The position numbers and the translations under genes are program-made. A stretch of DNA of 63,703 nt, counting the filler, from Reclinomonas americana ATCC 50394 (lineage: Eukaryota): assembly GCA_048213135.1 (NCBI GenBank). It is 16 parts of 16 records of this genome, joined end to end, with 100 filler letters (N's around TTAATTAATTAA, not from the genome) between each part and the next. Parts side by side here need not be neighbours in the genome. Positions count along the whole stretch, not along the records: positions 1 to 3,774 come from AFZH01020504.1; positions 3,875 to 5,458 come from AFZH01020505.1; positions 5,559 to 6,718 come from AFZH01020506.1; positions 6,819 to 8,903 come from AFZH01020507.1; positions 9,004 to 11,068 come from AFZH01020508.1; positions 11,169 to 13,496 come from AFZH01020509.1; 10 more parts are not named here. One strand, written 5' to 3'. This document shows positions 1 to 11,476 of this stretch, piece after piece (the first letter of the stretch is position 1; each line of letters starts with the position of its first letter). Below the pieces are notes generated by a model. That model was not told the origin of the DNA. It saw nothing but the letters and a program-made list of their open reading frames with translations, and searched no databases.

Positions 1-104
1 TTTCTTTTTGCGTGTGTGTGTGTGTGTGTGTGTGTGTGCATAGTTCGGCAGCGGCGCAGCATAGATGAGTGAAGCAGCAGCAGCTGGAGCGTATACGTTT
101 TAAC

Positions 105-1180
105 TCATGATTCGGCCTTGGAGACGATCTCCAGGTGCAACTGCTCAACCGGGGGCAGACGAGCGGCCACTCCTCGCAGCTCCTCGTCCACCTCATCGTG
201 CCGGCGATGTGCCAGCACCACATCGGCCACATGGCGCAACATGTGCGTGTCGCGCGTCTCCTCCCAGTACGTGGTGAGTGCCGCGCAGGCGTGTCGCCAG
301 CTGCCAGCTGCCTCGAACAGGTCGGCCACTTGCCGATAGTTTTCGGCCGTGGCCGGCGTCGACAGCAGCGAAAAATGCACGAGCAGTGCCTCGGCCGACT
401 CTGCGTACTTGTGGGCATCGCGGAGCACCTCGTGCAGCGCAAACCAGGAGGCCTCGTCGGTGTCGTCAAACTCCAATGCCAATCGTAGGACTCGTGCGGC
501 CTCGTCACGCGCCCCCACTCGTGCCAGCTCCTCCGCCACCAGCCGTGCACGCTGCACGCCGACATTGTTGCCGTCGGCACCTCGGAGATACCAACGGAGA
601 AACGGCAGCACAAAGTCGGTGGCCGTCTCGTGCTGCTGGCGTGCCAACAGCTGTGAAAAGTACTGAAACTGCAGCGGCCACGCATGCATCGATTCGCGAT
701 GGGAAGCCGCCAGCTTGGCACTGGTGACCAGCAGGTGGCGCAGTCGCAGTGATTCGCTCTGTGAGGCGCGACCGATGGACTCGGTGAGGGAGCGGGCGCG
801 CATCAGCAGGTCCTCGTCGTCGGGGAGGAGGTGCAGTCCGAGGAGGAGACTGTGGGCAGGTGTGAGAGAGTGAGAGAGAGTGATGAATGGGATGAGGCGA
901 GAACCATCGGCGAGCGGATGCTGCCATGCTCAGAGCGACACATGCGTCGGCGGTGACGCGATAGCAGCGTGCGACGTCGGCGATGCAGGTGGAGTCGGAG
1001 TGCACTCGCAGACCTGCGGTTGGAAGAGAGAGTGAGAGAGAGAGTGTGTGGAATGTGTGTGAATGTAATCCTACCGGCGAGTAGAGCCGTGGCCAGAGCG
1101 TCGACGGGGCGGCGCTCGTCGTACATGGCGGTCTCGCACAGTGATCGCGCCACCCGCGATCGCGATGTCGGGTCGCTCAT
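105..1180 (-). CDS. Hypothetical alpha-helical (TPR-like) protein, 3 exons
   Basis: ATG at 1180 (MSDPTSRSRV...); two GT-AG introns join to the 232-aa ORF ending at 105; TPR-like segments such as ARVLRLALEFDDTDEASWFALHEVL and YRQVADLFEAAGSWRHA. Confidence 0.55.
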
Positions 1181-1344
1181 CGGTGGCGATGATTGGATTG
1201 GACAACTGGTGGTGGGACGACGGAATCGAAAGGGAGGGGGTGAACAATCAGTGACAAAAACTCGCAAAATGGGTTTCTCAGGCTTCTTGAGAGAAATGTC
1301 ATATCCATTTCTCACCAGGCATTCATGTAAGTTTGCGCTGATCG

Positions 1345-2110
1345 TGTCAGAGTGTTGAAAAGCTCGTTCATAGAGCTATCGAATGAGCTGCGAAGCGGCG
1401 CCTGCAACAAAGCAGAACTTTTGTGGTGCACAAAATGCTTGATTTTCTCACACCCTCCGACGGCGCGTGCACCAAGCCCCGACCTTCCCGTGACGCACTG
1501 TGCACGTGACGCACACCATTTTGTAGCTGGATCGCTGAGGTAGTGCCAAAATTCAGAAAAACAACACGCGGCTTGCTGCGTCGACGGCTGCGGTCAACGC
1601 CACTGTTCGCATCGATATCATGCAATCGAACTGCGTGTCCGCATGTTTTTTGTTGCAAAATATTTTTTCGGAGTCTCTGAGAGGGAACAAGCAAGCAGGC
1701 ATTCTCCACTCGATGTGCACTCACGCGGCGGTCAGCGGCGGTCGAAAAGTCGAGTGGGTTGGCCGAAAGATTTCAATCGGACACAGCTCCATCAGTGTGT
1801 CAAGGGTTGACATGAGGAAATCGGCTTGGGTGATGGTGTGACACAGCGTGCTCATCGACTGAGGCTCGCCGTTGCGTTTTTCTGAATTTTGGCATCAGGG
1901 GAGCCTCTTGGCTACAGAATGAGCCTTGCCACGAAGAGCGTGCTGCGTGGGAAGTGCGGGGCTTGGTGCACGCGCTGAGACGACTATTGAGTCGGTCACG
2001 AAAAATCGGCGTGGCGCGCGACTTTCTCACCGGGCGCGCAAGCGCACAGCACGCTTCTCGCACCATCTTGAAGCTCTTGCAGTGGCGCATCGAATGAGCT
2101 GCAAAGCGAC
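1345..2110. mobile_element. Non-coding foldback/MITE-like element with long imperfect inverted repeats
   Basis: 1463-1489 is the reverse complement of 1949-1975 (25/27); 1544-1562 is the perfect reverse complement of 1876-1894; both pairs share one symmetry axis near 1719; ATCGAATGAGCTGC(G/A)AAGCG recurs at 1378-1397 and 2089-2108. Confidence 0.6.
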
Positions 2111-2229
2111 CCGCGACGATGCGTGTGTGAGATGGGAGGTGGCGGGAACCGGTGCTGGCACACTTTTGCACTCCCCCCCTGAGAACTGCCATCAAGGCTG
2201 AATGAACTCCGACGAAGGCCCTTCGTCAT

Positions 2230-2376
2230 ACATGATTCACCCAAGCAACAGCTTGAATCACCTCAGCATCTGCTTGAATCACCCCAGGATGTCCCTGAAT
2301 CACCCCAGCAAGTCTGCGAATCACCAGATCACGTGCTTCAATGAACCAAGCAAGTGACTGAATCACGTGCTCGCTC
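2230..2376. repeat. Degenerate 21-bp tandem array (about 7 units, core TGAATCACC)
   Basis: Units start at 2230, 2251, 2272, 2293, 2314, 2335 and 2356, e.g. gcttgaatcacctcagcatct / gcttgaatcaccccaggatgt / ccctgaatcaccccagcaagt. Confidence 0.8.
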
Positions 2377-3874
2377 GTCGCAGCACATGATTCAAGCTAC
2401 AGCACAGGATCAATAATGCACTGCATTGCACCGATTTTGCAACACTCCGATATTCATCGCAGTCATCCTGGCGCACGCACATGAAAGGCATCGGCACACG
2501 ACACCGCCTGATCTGGCGGCCGACTGCATCACGAGGAGAGGTTGATCAGTTTCATGACGAATCACAAAATCAAACGGGCTTGGTCTCGAATCATTCACCA
2601 AGCAATGGGAAGCGCTTCCACACTGGTGCATGTGCGTCTGGTGGCGCAGTCGCACACGCATCACTACCTCAGAGGCACGAGCACCGGCATTGTGCTCGAA
2701 TGCGACTGCAGCTGCCCGCGACCCACGGCAACCACGCAATCAGTGATCGCTGCGGCATGACATTCCGAATGCAACCATGGTTGAGTGAGTGAGTGAGCGT
2801 GCGATTGCGCATGAGCGCGTGAATAACACAGAAACAGTGGGGGAAACAGAGAAAGAGTGGGAGAGTGTGTGTATGTGTGTGTGAGAGAAAAATTGACACA
2901 GATTCAACAGGCAGACGCATACCTCGCAAACAATGAGGAGACTCCGCTTCAGCACGACACATCCAAGGAGTACCCGGCCAGCCCCCACGTGCGCGACCTC
3001 CACTGCGCTTGCAGGCGCCGATTACAAGACTTGATGTGACGGTGTCCTGCATGAAGTCCCACTCTCTTATGTGGTGGTTCCCAGATGACTGGCGAGAACG
3101 CTTCCGTGTGTGTTGTGCTGCCTTTTGTCTATTCACACGCACCCTGACAGTGTCGGATTTTTCCGCTTCACCCTGAATGCGTCCTGTGTGCAGGGAGCTA
3201 AAAACGTTTGTCATCAAGTCGCGTGCGTCTTTCATGGACAGAAGAGGCACTCTACAGTCACTTCTGTTGTGTTGTCACATTCTCCTACACTCAGACGTGG
3301 AAACCCAAGATTTCTCTCGCGACGTCTCTCGACGTTTTCCTTACACGGCCAGGACCGCCCTTCAGTATAGACGTTGGGAAGAGTCGCACGTGAAGTCGTC
3401 CCGTAATTGCCCGGCACTTACCTTCCATATCCACCAATCGGAGTGAAATCGCCGACCGATGTCTGAACGACAGTCGCACAGATGCTGCAGAATGTCGACA
3501 TCCGTCCAACATCGCAAACTGCTGAGTCGACAGTGCCAAATTAGGCAGGTCGAAGCGGCATCATCTTTTGTTCTAAGGTAACGATATCAGGCATCAGCGC
3601 AAACCATCGACCGACAAGTTTGCGACCCCACAATCGGCAGTTTTCGACGTCTTCCCGGTGATCTCGCCAAATCTGGCGGCAGCACACGCGCGGCTGCTGC
3701 ACCAGTACCCTACACCATCCCGCACCACGCACAACCCTTCATGTTTCACAAAAGTACATCTCTTCATTCATACGNNNNNNNNNNNNNNNNNNNNNNNNNN
3801 NNNNNNNNNNNNNNNNNNTTAATTAATTAANNNNNNNNNNNNNNNNNNNNNNNNNNNNNNNNNNNNNNNNNNNN

Positions 3875-5300
3875 TGCAGAGTTGATCTTGGTACTGATCT
3901 GCAATGGATTATAGACACACTCTGTCTGTCAAAGGACTACACAATCACAACAAACCACGAAAGAACTCCACCTTTGACGCCACGCTCTTCGCTCCTTCCT
4001 CGGTGGCGACCAGCTCGACAAAGCGAGATAGGCTCTTGGTCTTGTCGACAGTCTCCTTGACCAGAACGTTGTCCTTCTTGTGCCAGCGCTGGAGAGTCGC
4101 CAGATCGCCGTTGTCTAAGGCGCGGCGGATGCTGCTTCGGGCGACGGCTGCAATGTTCTCCTGGGGAAGTGGCAAGGCGACCCGTGTTAGGCATAGTGAC
4201 AAGACACTGCATGGTGCAGCAACAACACATGTACGTACCGCTCCCTTCTCATCAAGCTCTGCAGTTGTGCGGCACATTGCATGCTTCATGGCCTCCAAGT
4301 TGTCGGCCTGTGACACCGACTTGCTCGCCACAACCTGAAGGAGCCTGGCAGTCTCCTGAAGGACCTTGGTGTTCTCCTGCACAGCCTGCGCAAGAGAATC
4401 CAGGCGCCGGCATGTCTCGGCACCAACGGCAATCAAGACTTCAGTGCGACGCTTCTCACTGCAGTCGCCGTCTGCGGTGAACAGGCCGAAGCTGCGAACA
4501 GTCTCCTCGTCTGGGAGCGCCCGCGCTTGTCGAAGGTACTGTTGCATGGAGCGCTTCTTCACCGGCGGCTGCGAGACCTCCTCCTCCTCCTCATCAGAGC
4601 CACCAAGCGCTTCCTCAAATGAGCGCCTGTTTCTCGAGCCACAGAGGGCTGCGCACAACACCACCAAGTCATGATCGTCAGCACACAGGTGAGCTTGTCA
4701 CGGTGACAGCTGCACGCAACTTGCCACGGCACGCGGAAGACCAGAACTGGGACTGCCACGTGGCATTGACGCAGAAGGTGCGGCAGCTGACGCACCACCC
4801 GAGGACTCTTCTTCGTCACGATTGGCGTTTCGATTCGACTGCATTGTGTGTTGTGAAAGTGTAAAAGTGTTCAAACAGAGATTAGGGTGGTGGGGGTTGG
4901 CCAGCTCTCTCTCTTGAATGCAAAGAAAGTGAAAACGCAACGAAAAAGCTCGCAAACTACCCACGAGAGACCCCAGCGGGGTCGATGCAGTCGAGATGCA
5001 ACCGCGGAGCGACCCCCAGTCGACCTCCCCGTGCCGCTGCTCAACCTCACACACACACACACCTTCAGAGAGCCATGGTGAGACTGCGTTTACAGGAAGT
5101 TCGTGACAAGATTGCAGCCGACCTGCAGTCGGTGGGCATGGTGCATGAGCTGCCGCAGGTGCTGGCGAAAGTACGGCACGAGATCTATCGGAGCGACCAG
5201 ACAAGGAGACACTCTGTTGTCTGGCAGTGCTGGTGCTGCAGTCACAAGTCGGCACAACACGCCAGCAGCTTGCTCACCCACATGAAGACGGAGGTGTGTG
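3875..5300 (-). CDS. Hypothetical multi-exon protein (partial), possibly transposon-associated
   Basis: 240-aa ORF 3945-4667 with an acidic/NLS-like stretch (EEEEEVSQPPVKKR) and a coiled coil, flanked by GT-AG introns; no recognisable domain; runs into a gap. Confidence 0.4.
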
Positions 5301-5371
5301 CTTGACAAAGCCGAACCGCGAGCGCTTCGACCCAAATTTAGACTAACTGTCTTTGTGTTGCTGTGGCCTTG

Positions 5372-5373
<2 letters not shown>

Positions 5374-5452
<79 letters not shown>
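5374..5452. repeat. (TG)n microsatellite
   Basis: Long perfect TG run next to an assembly gap. Confidence 0.95.
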
Positions 5453-5454
<2 letters not shown>

Positions 5455-5559
5455 GTGTNNNNNNNNNNNNNNNNNNNNNNNNNNNNNNNNNNNNNNNNNN
5501 NNTTAATTAATTAANNNNNNNNNNNNNNNNNNNNNNNNNNNNNNNNNNNNNNNNNNNNC

Positions 5560-8500
5560 CATCTGGGGCTCAAGCTGACGATTATGAATGCACGCTGCTG
5601 TGGCCGAGACATCCCGCGGCCGATGCTGTTGTCGAGGTCGTTCTGGATCCGAGGACGGTTCATGGAGTTCTTGTCGATCCAGTGTTTAGTTGGGATGAGG
5701 TGGCCGCTTTCAAACAGCGCAGCCCGAGTCGCCTCCCGTTGATGTGCGTCATTCCAATGGACGTGGTCGGCGACGGCACGCTGGCGTTCATGCCGTGCAC
5801 CGCGGAGCAGATCTCTGGAGTGAACACTGGCGTGCCGCTGAAGGTAATTTTTGTGTACAAATGTGTGTTGCTGACGATGACATTCTCCACTGACAACCTC
5901 GCGCGTATCGCTGCAAAGTATGATCGCACCATCCAGGACGAAGCGAAGAGACGGGGCGTCGACGAGGTAGTAGTCGTGTTCATCAAGACGGATTACGACG
6001 ACTTCAAAGGTGCGTCACCGTGCTCTCTTCTCGCACGAAAGCACTGCGTCACTGAGACTGGTTGCATGCAGAGTCTCTAAGCACACGAGCGCAGCGGCCA
6101 ACGGGTGCGCTGCACGTGGCCATCGTCAATCGACCTGCAGATGAGCTGCGCTCTGGCAGGGCTCGATACTATCCATGTGTCGCTCTGACACCCCCTGGTA
6201 CGTGCGGCTGCGCGATAGTGACTGCGTGTAATGACACTCATTTCGTCCTCCATGTCTCCACAGAGGCAAGCAACATGGCAGCGTACAAGCAGCTGGCCAT
6301 ATCGTTTCAGCAGCTGCGCCAAGGATTTTACACTGAGATCGGCAAGCGAAAACTGATCGTTGTGGCCGACATGCTGTTCCACTCAGCCGATGGCCCTGAG
6401 GCGCAAGAGGCCGCTGGTGTTATTCGGCAGTTGCACTGCTGGTGGTGTCACGGTTCGTTCCGTGTGCTGCGTCACGTGGTTCCTGTTGGGTGCTCACTCT
6501 TACAGGATATCCGCAGGATTGGATCGACTTTTGTCATCGGCACGCGCGCTGCCACACCCGGTTGTTGTACGCGAGCAACTGGTGGGTGTGCGACCGGTGA
6601 CGCTCTGGCGCAATGTCGACCACACACGTCAGGTTCTGGACGTGCACCGCAAGTCCATCATCTTGGGCGTTGCCGGTGACCGAAGGCCCGCTTCGGCACT
6701 CGTACGGGAGCTGCCAGANNNNNNNNNNNNNNNNNNNNNNNNNNNNNNNNNNNNNNNNNNNNTTAATTAATTAANNNNNNNNNNNNNNNNNNNNNNNNNN
6801 NNNNNNNNNNNNNNNNNNGCTGCACCAGTTGCGCGGCTTTGTGTGCGGTACAGGTACTGTTGTGTGAGACTCAATTGTGCATCTCGCATGTGGGCAGTGA
6901 GGAGCGCCGTGATCTCAAGCTCAGCAACCACCAGAATGAGTACAGAGCCGTGCTGGAGAGACGAGTGATGAGCGAGCTGATGGACTTGTTCTCTCGCGGT
7001 GTCAGTGTTGACGATGTCAATGTTGGCCCTCGCTACGCTGCCATTCGACGCAACCCTGCCTTTGCTTGCTGGCTTCGACGACGTGAGGGTGGTGTTCCGG
7101 CGCTGGCGTCGTGGAAGGCTGCTGATGGATTGCCGATGGTGCGGTCGTCGAAGTTTGAGTGGACTGGCAAGCACAAGGTGCTTCGCCGCGCCGAGGATCA
7201 ACTTTTGCACCTCTGCGACAAGATTGGAGTTGCGAGTGAGAATGTCAAGTTTTCTCACGACGCAGATCAGCAACAATTCTGCAGCTCGGCGCGAAAGTAG
7301 TGTGTGTTTTGGTGGGTTGTCGTTGTATCCTCGTACTGCAGTCACTGACTTGTGGTTGTCGTGCGCAGTACGCTCATGTTGGCCAAGTTCAATCGCATTC
7401 AGTTCGGCAACAACTCCGGCATCGATGTGCATGCGGCAGTTGGCTTGCTTCCGGCTAGTGCTCCGAGAGATCTCGTTGAGTCGTGCGGCGCCGGACTGCC
7501 AGTGTATTACTGCCGCATCGAGGCATTCTACACGGGACTCCGGCGCCATCATCGCATGACCACGGACCTGCTGGAGAGGGGCCTCGTAGCCTACCGCCCG
7601 TACGCTCTGCTGTACGATGACATGGGAATGCCGCGTTTTGACCCTATCACCCGCTGCTTTTTGTGCGTTTCAGCTCCTCCTGCATCTCAACCCTGTTCGA
7701 CTCGACGACTTATTGACAGTGCACGGCAGGTACCGACTGCACGAAAAGGTGTTTATCGACGACATTGCGGTGCTCTTCAAGTCCACCTTCGCGCACTTCC
7801 GACACATGTGCCGTGAGTGCACAGTGGTACGCTCCTCTAGCAAGCGCAGTGGCACCACCCGTTGTTTCGAGATCAAGGTATCCCTTCCTTCATTACGCGC
7901 ACAACCTAATGCGGATTTGGTATTGACTGGATCACGTTCTCACTTCAGCACAAGTACACTGGCGAGGACGGCGAGTGCTTCCTGCACGATCGCTACAACC
8001 GCCTGGATGGGAGGCGTTTCGAGTGGGATGAACTGGTGCCTGACTGGGGTCCATTGGCGTGGCGGGTGAAGGCCGCCAGCGATGAGGAGGACGACGTCGC
8101 GTGCGACGGCCATATGTCGACTGCTGACGACACGGCGCTGGCGCTCGCCGGACTGGCTGGGAGGAAGCCGAAGGCGACGGCTGCTGTGGGTCGCCGGTCA
8201 TCGCAGGCTGCGCCACCAGCGGCTTCGCGTGGCAGTGGCAATTCACGCCGTCGATTCTGCAAGGGAATGGAGGAGGAGGAGGAAGAGGAGGAGGAGGAGG
8301 AGGTGGACAAGGTAGACGAGGTAGACGTACAACCAAGCACTTGCGACGGCAGCGACGACGGCGGCGGCGACGGTGATGATGATGCTGACGATGAGGACAG
8401 CGAAGTCGATGAGGCGTTCATGGAGGATCGTCGGCAGCGCTCGCGGATCGTGCGCGATATACGGCAGGCAGCGAAGCGCGAGAAGAGCGAGGGCTTCAGG

Positions 8501-8689
8501 CACTGGGTGGCAGGCCAGCATGACGAGCAGCTCTACGCCTGGCACGCTGGCGGCGGCGAGTGGGGCAAGGTGCCACTTGGTGTGGAGAATGCCCGCGAGC
8601 GGTCGCAGTTGCGTCGTGCGGAGATGTTTGCGAAGCGCGCACGGAACAGAGCAGCAGCTCCACCTCCGAAGCCTAAGAGTAGAAAATGA
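5560..8689 (+). mobile_element. CACTA/EnSpm-Plavaka-like (CMC-type) DDE transposase gene with introns, split by a gap
   Basis: Spliced translation gives VVVFIKTDYDDFK...GALHVAIVNRP...LAISFQQLRQG...LIVVADMLFHSADGPEAQEAAG...HCWWCH, resembling the DD core and D-x-P...CxxC signature of this family; the next contig has FRHMCREC...H...FLHDRY, resembling the C-terminal HxC..C motif, then an acidic/basic tail ending at TGA 8689. Family assignment is by remembered motif similarity only. Confidence 0.55.
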
Positions 8690-9003
8690 ACTGACCACTG
8701 CACTTGTTGGATGCTGCGGACCTGTCGTTCGGTGATTTTGCGGCAGCGACTATCGGTTCAATATCGTTGCGAGTTGGAGCTTCGATGGTGGGCAATGTCG
8801 CCCCGGCACTGCGGACCGCGACAATTTGGATCCGGGTCGAAATCGCAGGAAAATGTTTCCCCAAGTCCGCAACGTCGCCCAGTGTCTAGCCCAGGAGGGC
8901 GGTNNNNNNNNNNNNNNNNNNNNNNNNNNNNNNNNNNNNNNNNNNNNTTAATTAATTAANNNNNNNNNNNNNNNNNNNNNNNNNNNNNNNNNNNNNNNNN
9001 NNN

Positions 9004-10858
9004 TGGCCACCGCAGCAGCAGAGCACGCACACGCACATGTGCGCGCTCTTGTGTTGAATGTGTGTGCTCTCTTTGTGGAGCTGTTTGTGTGTCTCGTCGC
9101 GTCAGTTGCTGAGGCATGTCGCATACTCACTTTTGCTCACTTTCCTCGCCCTTCTCTTGCTTGCTTTTCTTCTGTGACTGCTCACTCACTCACTTGCGCA
9201 CGCGCGTGTCTCTGTCTAGTGTCATGTCGCGTCGCACTGTTTGGTTTCTTGTGTGTGCGTCAGTTACTGGCCATGTCGTTGGCACGTGCTCTCTCTCTCT
9301 CTCTGTCTGTCTGCCCATCCGCGTGTGTGCATCTGTAGCCGCTGTCGGGGGTGGTGGCGGTTCATCAGCGAGGGGAGTTCAATATGAGATTCTCATTGTG
9401 TTGTGTAAAATGTGTGTGCTCTCAGGCTCGGGCATTGCAGCAGCAGCAGCCGGTGCACCACGCCATGCCGCCCCCGCCGACACCGCCGCCATCCTCTGCT
9501 TTCCCCGTGGTCCCTGCGTTGTCGTCTGCGGTGAGTGCTGTGCTGTTGTTGTTCCGCTGAGGTGCTGATGAAATGCTCATTTGTGATCAACCGCCCTGCA
9601 GTTTGCGCCTCTTCAGCCCAAGCCGCAGCAGCAGCAGCAGCAGCAGCAGCCACTCTACCACGCTCCGCAGCCGCAACAGCAGCTGCTGACGCCGATTGTG
9701 CCATCCACGCCGATTGTGCCGTCAGCATCGATGATGGCAGACCCGTTGAGCCTGGTGCGCTCCATGAGCCGCGAGCAGCAGCTGGCCCTGGCCGCCGCAC
9801 TTGCCGCCAATGGCGTGCTCCCGAGTGCTGCAGTGTCACCGGCGCCGTCGCCCGCAATGACGACGACGACCATGACGACCACCACCGCTCCCATGCTTTC
9901 ATCGTCTCCAGCGACGGCCGGCTTGCAAGTCGAGACGTCGCCGTACACGGCGGTGCATGCAGCGTCAGCGTCGTCGGCGTCTCCGTTTGGCGGTCTTTCT
10001 CAACCACCTTCATCGCTGACGCCGTCGCTGTCGCCCATGGGAACTGCGTCGCCAATGGGAACTGCTTCACCAATGTCGAGCGCGTCTCCGTTGGAGAGTG
10101 TGTCGCCGATGAGTGGCTACAACGGTGTGGCAGCAGCAGCGAGGAGTGGCAAGCGCGGTTTGAAGCGCCCTGCGTCCTCGGCTCCGGATGTGTTGCGCTA
10201 TGCGGACGAGGAGCAGGCTATGCGATTTGAGGCGGGCGCCATGCAGTCGGAAGTGGCGGTGCTGTGGAGCCGCATTAAGGCGGGCAACAACCGCGCCGTA
10301 GACTACACCAATGGAATGCTGCGTATGGTTGGCGCCTCTGCTGCCATTTCCAGCGCCGCCGTGCGCTCCCAGCGTGTGGGTCTCAAGTTTCGTTCTGCCA
10401 CGGTTTGCTTGTTCACCCGTGTGCGTGCGTGCTCATCATCGCCGTCCACTCGCAGAATTGTGTACCGCGAGTCGTCACTGCCGTACGGACCGCCGTGCCA
10501 GGGACGCGTGCGTGATGCGGAAATGCAGGGTCTGCTTCGCCTCGCTGGTCCTGTGGGTTCCAGCCGAGTGCGCATTGTCGATGCCGAATTCTCTGCGTCA
10601 CGACTCGTCCGCGGCAGCGAAGCGTTGCGTAAAACACACTCGTGCCCGCCGCGCTGTACGCAATCGCGTGGTGCTGACTTCGTCTTCTCCCACCCCGCAG
10701 ATTCGTGATTGTCACGGTTGACTTTTCGCTGGTGGGCAAGTGGGCGTGTCCGCGCGCCGAGCTGATGTGCAGCTTTGCGCTGCCCGGCCACACACAACGC
10801 GTGCTGTTTGCGTCACCCGCGTTTGAGATTGGGGTGTCGGACGGCAGCTTGGAGTAGT
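9004..10858 (+). CDS. Q/P/S-rich low-complexity protein with a C-terminal globular region (5' end uncertain), possible transcription regulator
   Basis: PolyQ/Pro exons, an NLS-like GKRGLKRP, GT-AG introns and a TAG at 10856-10858; no family recognised. Confidence 0.45.
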
Positions 10859-11476
10859 CGCGTACGCGCGCTTCTTGGGCGTGTGTGTTGTGTCACACAG
10901 TGTTTGATTCTCGCTTTCTCCCCCGTGTCTTTGTGGCTTCCGCTGTTGTTGGTGTTGCCGCTTTTGGGTCGTGTTCTATTTCCGCCCTCCATCGTTGGCG
11001 AGCTGTGTGTGTGTGTGTCTCTCTCTCCCTCTTCTGCGTGTGAGAGAGTATGGGAGACCAGCAACGAGNNNNNNNNNNNNNNNNNNNNNNNNNNNNNNNN
11101 NNNNNNNNNNNNTTAATTAATTAANNNNNNNNNNNNNNNNNNNNNNNNNNNNNNNNNNNNNNNNNNNNGACTCTTTTCCCCCCTTCCCCCCCTGATCCTT
11201 TTTCCAATGGTCTGGCCGTGGCCGCTGTTGTCGTCGTCGTCGTCGTTTGTATGTGTGTTGTTGTTGTGGTTGGCGTCTTAAATCGCCATAATTTCGTGGT
11301 TTAGTGGTTTTGTGTGTGCATCAGCGTGTGAGAAGAGATCTCCTGGCCTGTTTGTGAATGGCTGAGCTCTCGCACGGAATGGTGATGCCCGACGACGACG
11401 ATGTTGTGCTGGCGTGTTAATGAATGAGAAGACAAAAATCTGAAAACGTTGTTCGTGATTCATCAATGTTAAATAT

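Noticed and set aside
3775..3874. Recurring N-run/TTAATTAATTAA/N-run blocks throughout the window
   Set aside because: An artificial six-frame-stop gap linker; genes (oxygenase, transporter, DHU1-like) continue across it. Not a biological repeat or CRISPR array.
7878..7949. Donor GTATCCCTT resembling a U12 GT-AG 5' splice site
   Set aside because: Imperfect match, no U12-type branch site, and it splices as an ordinary GT-AG intron.
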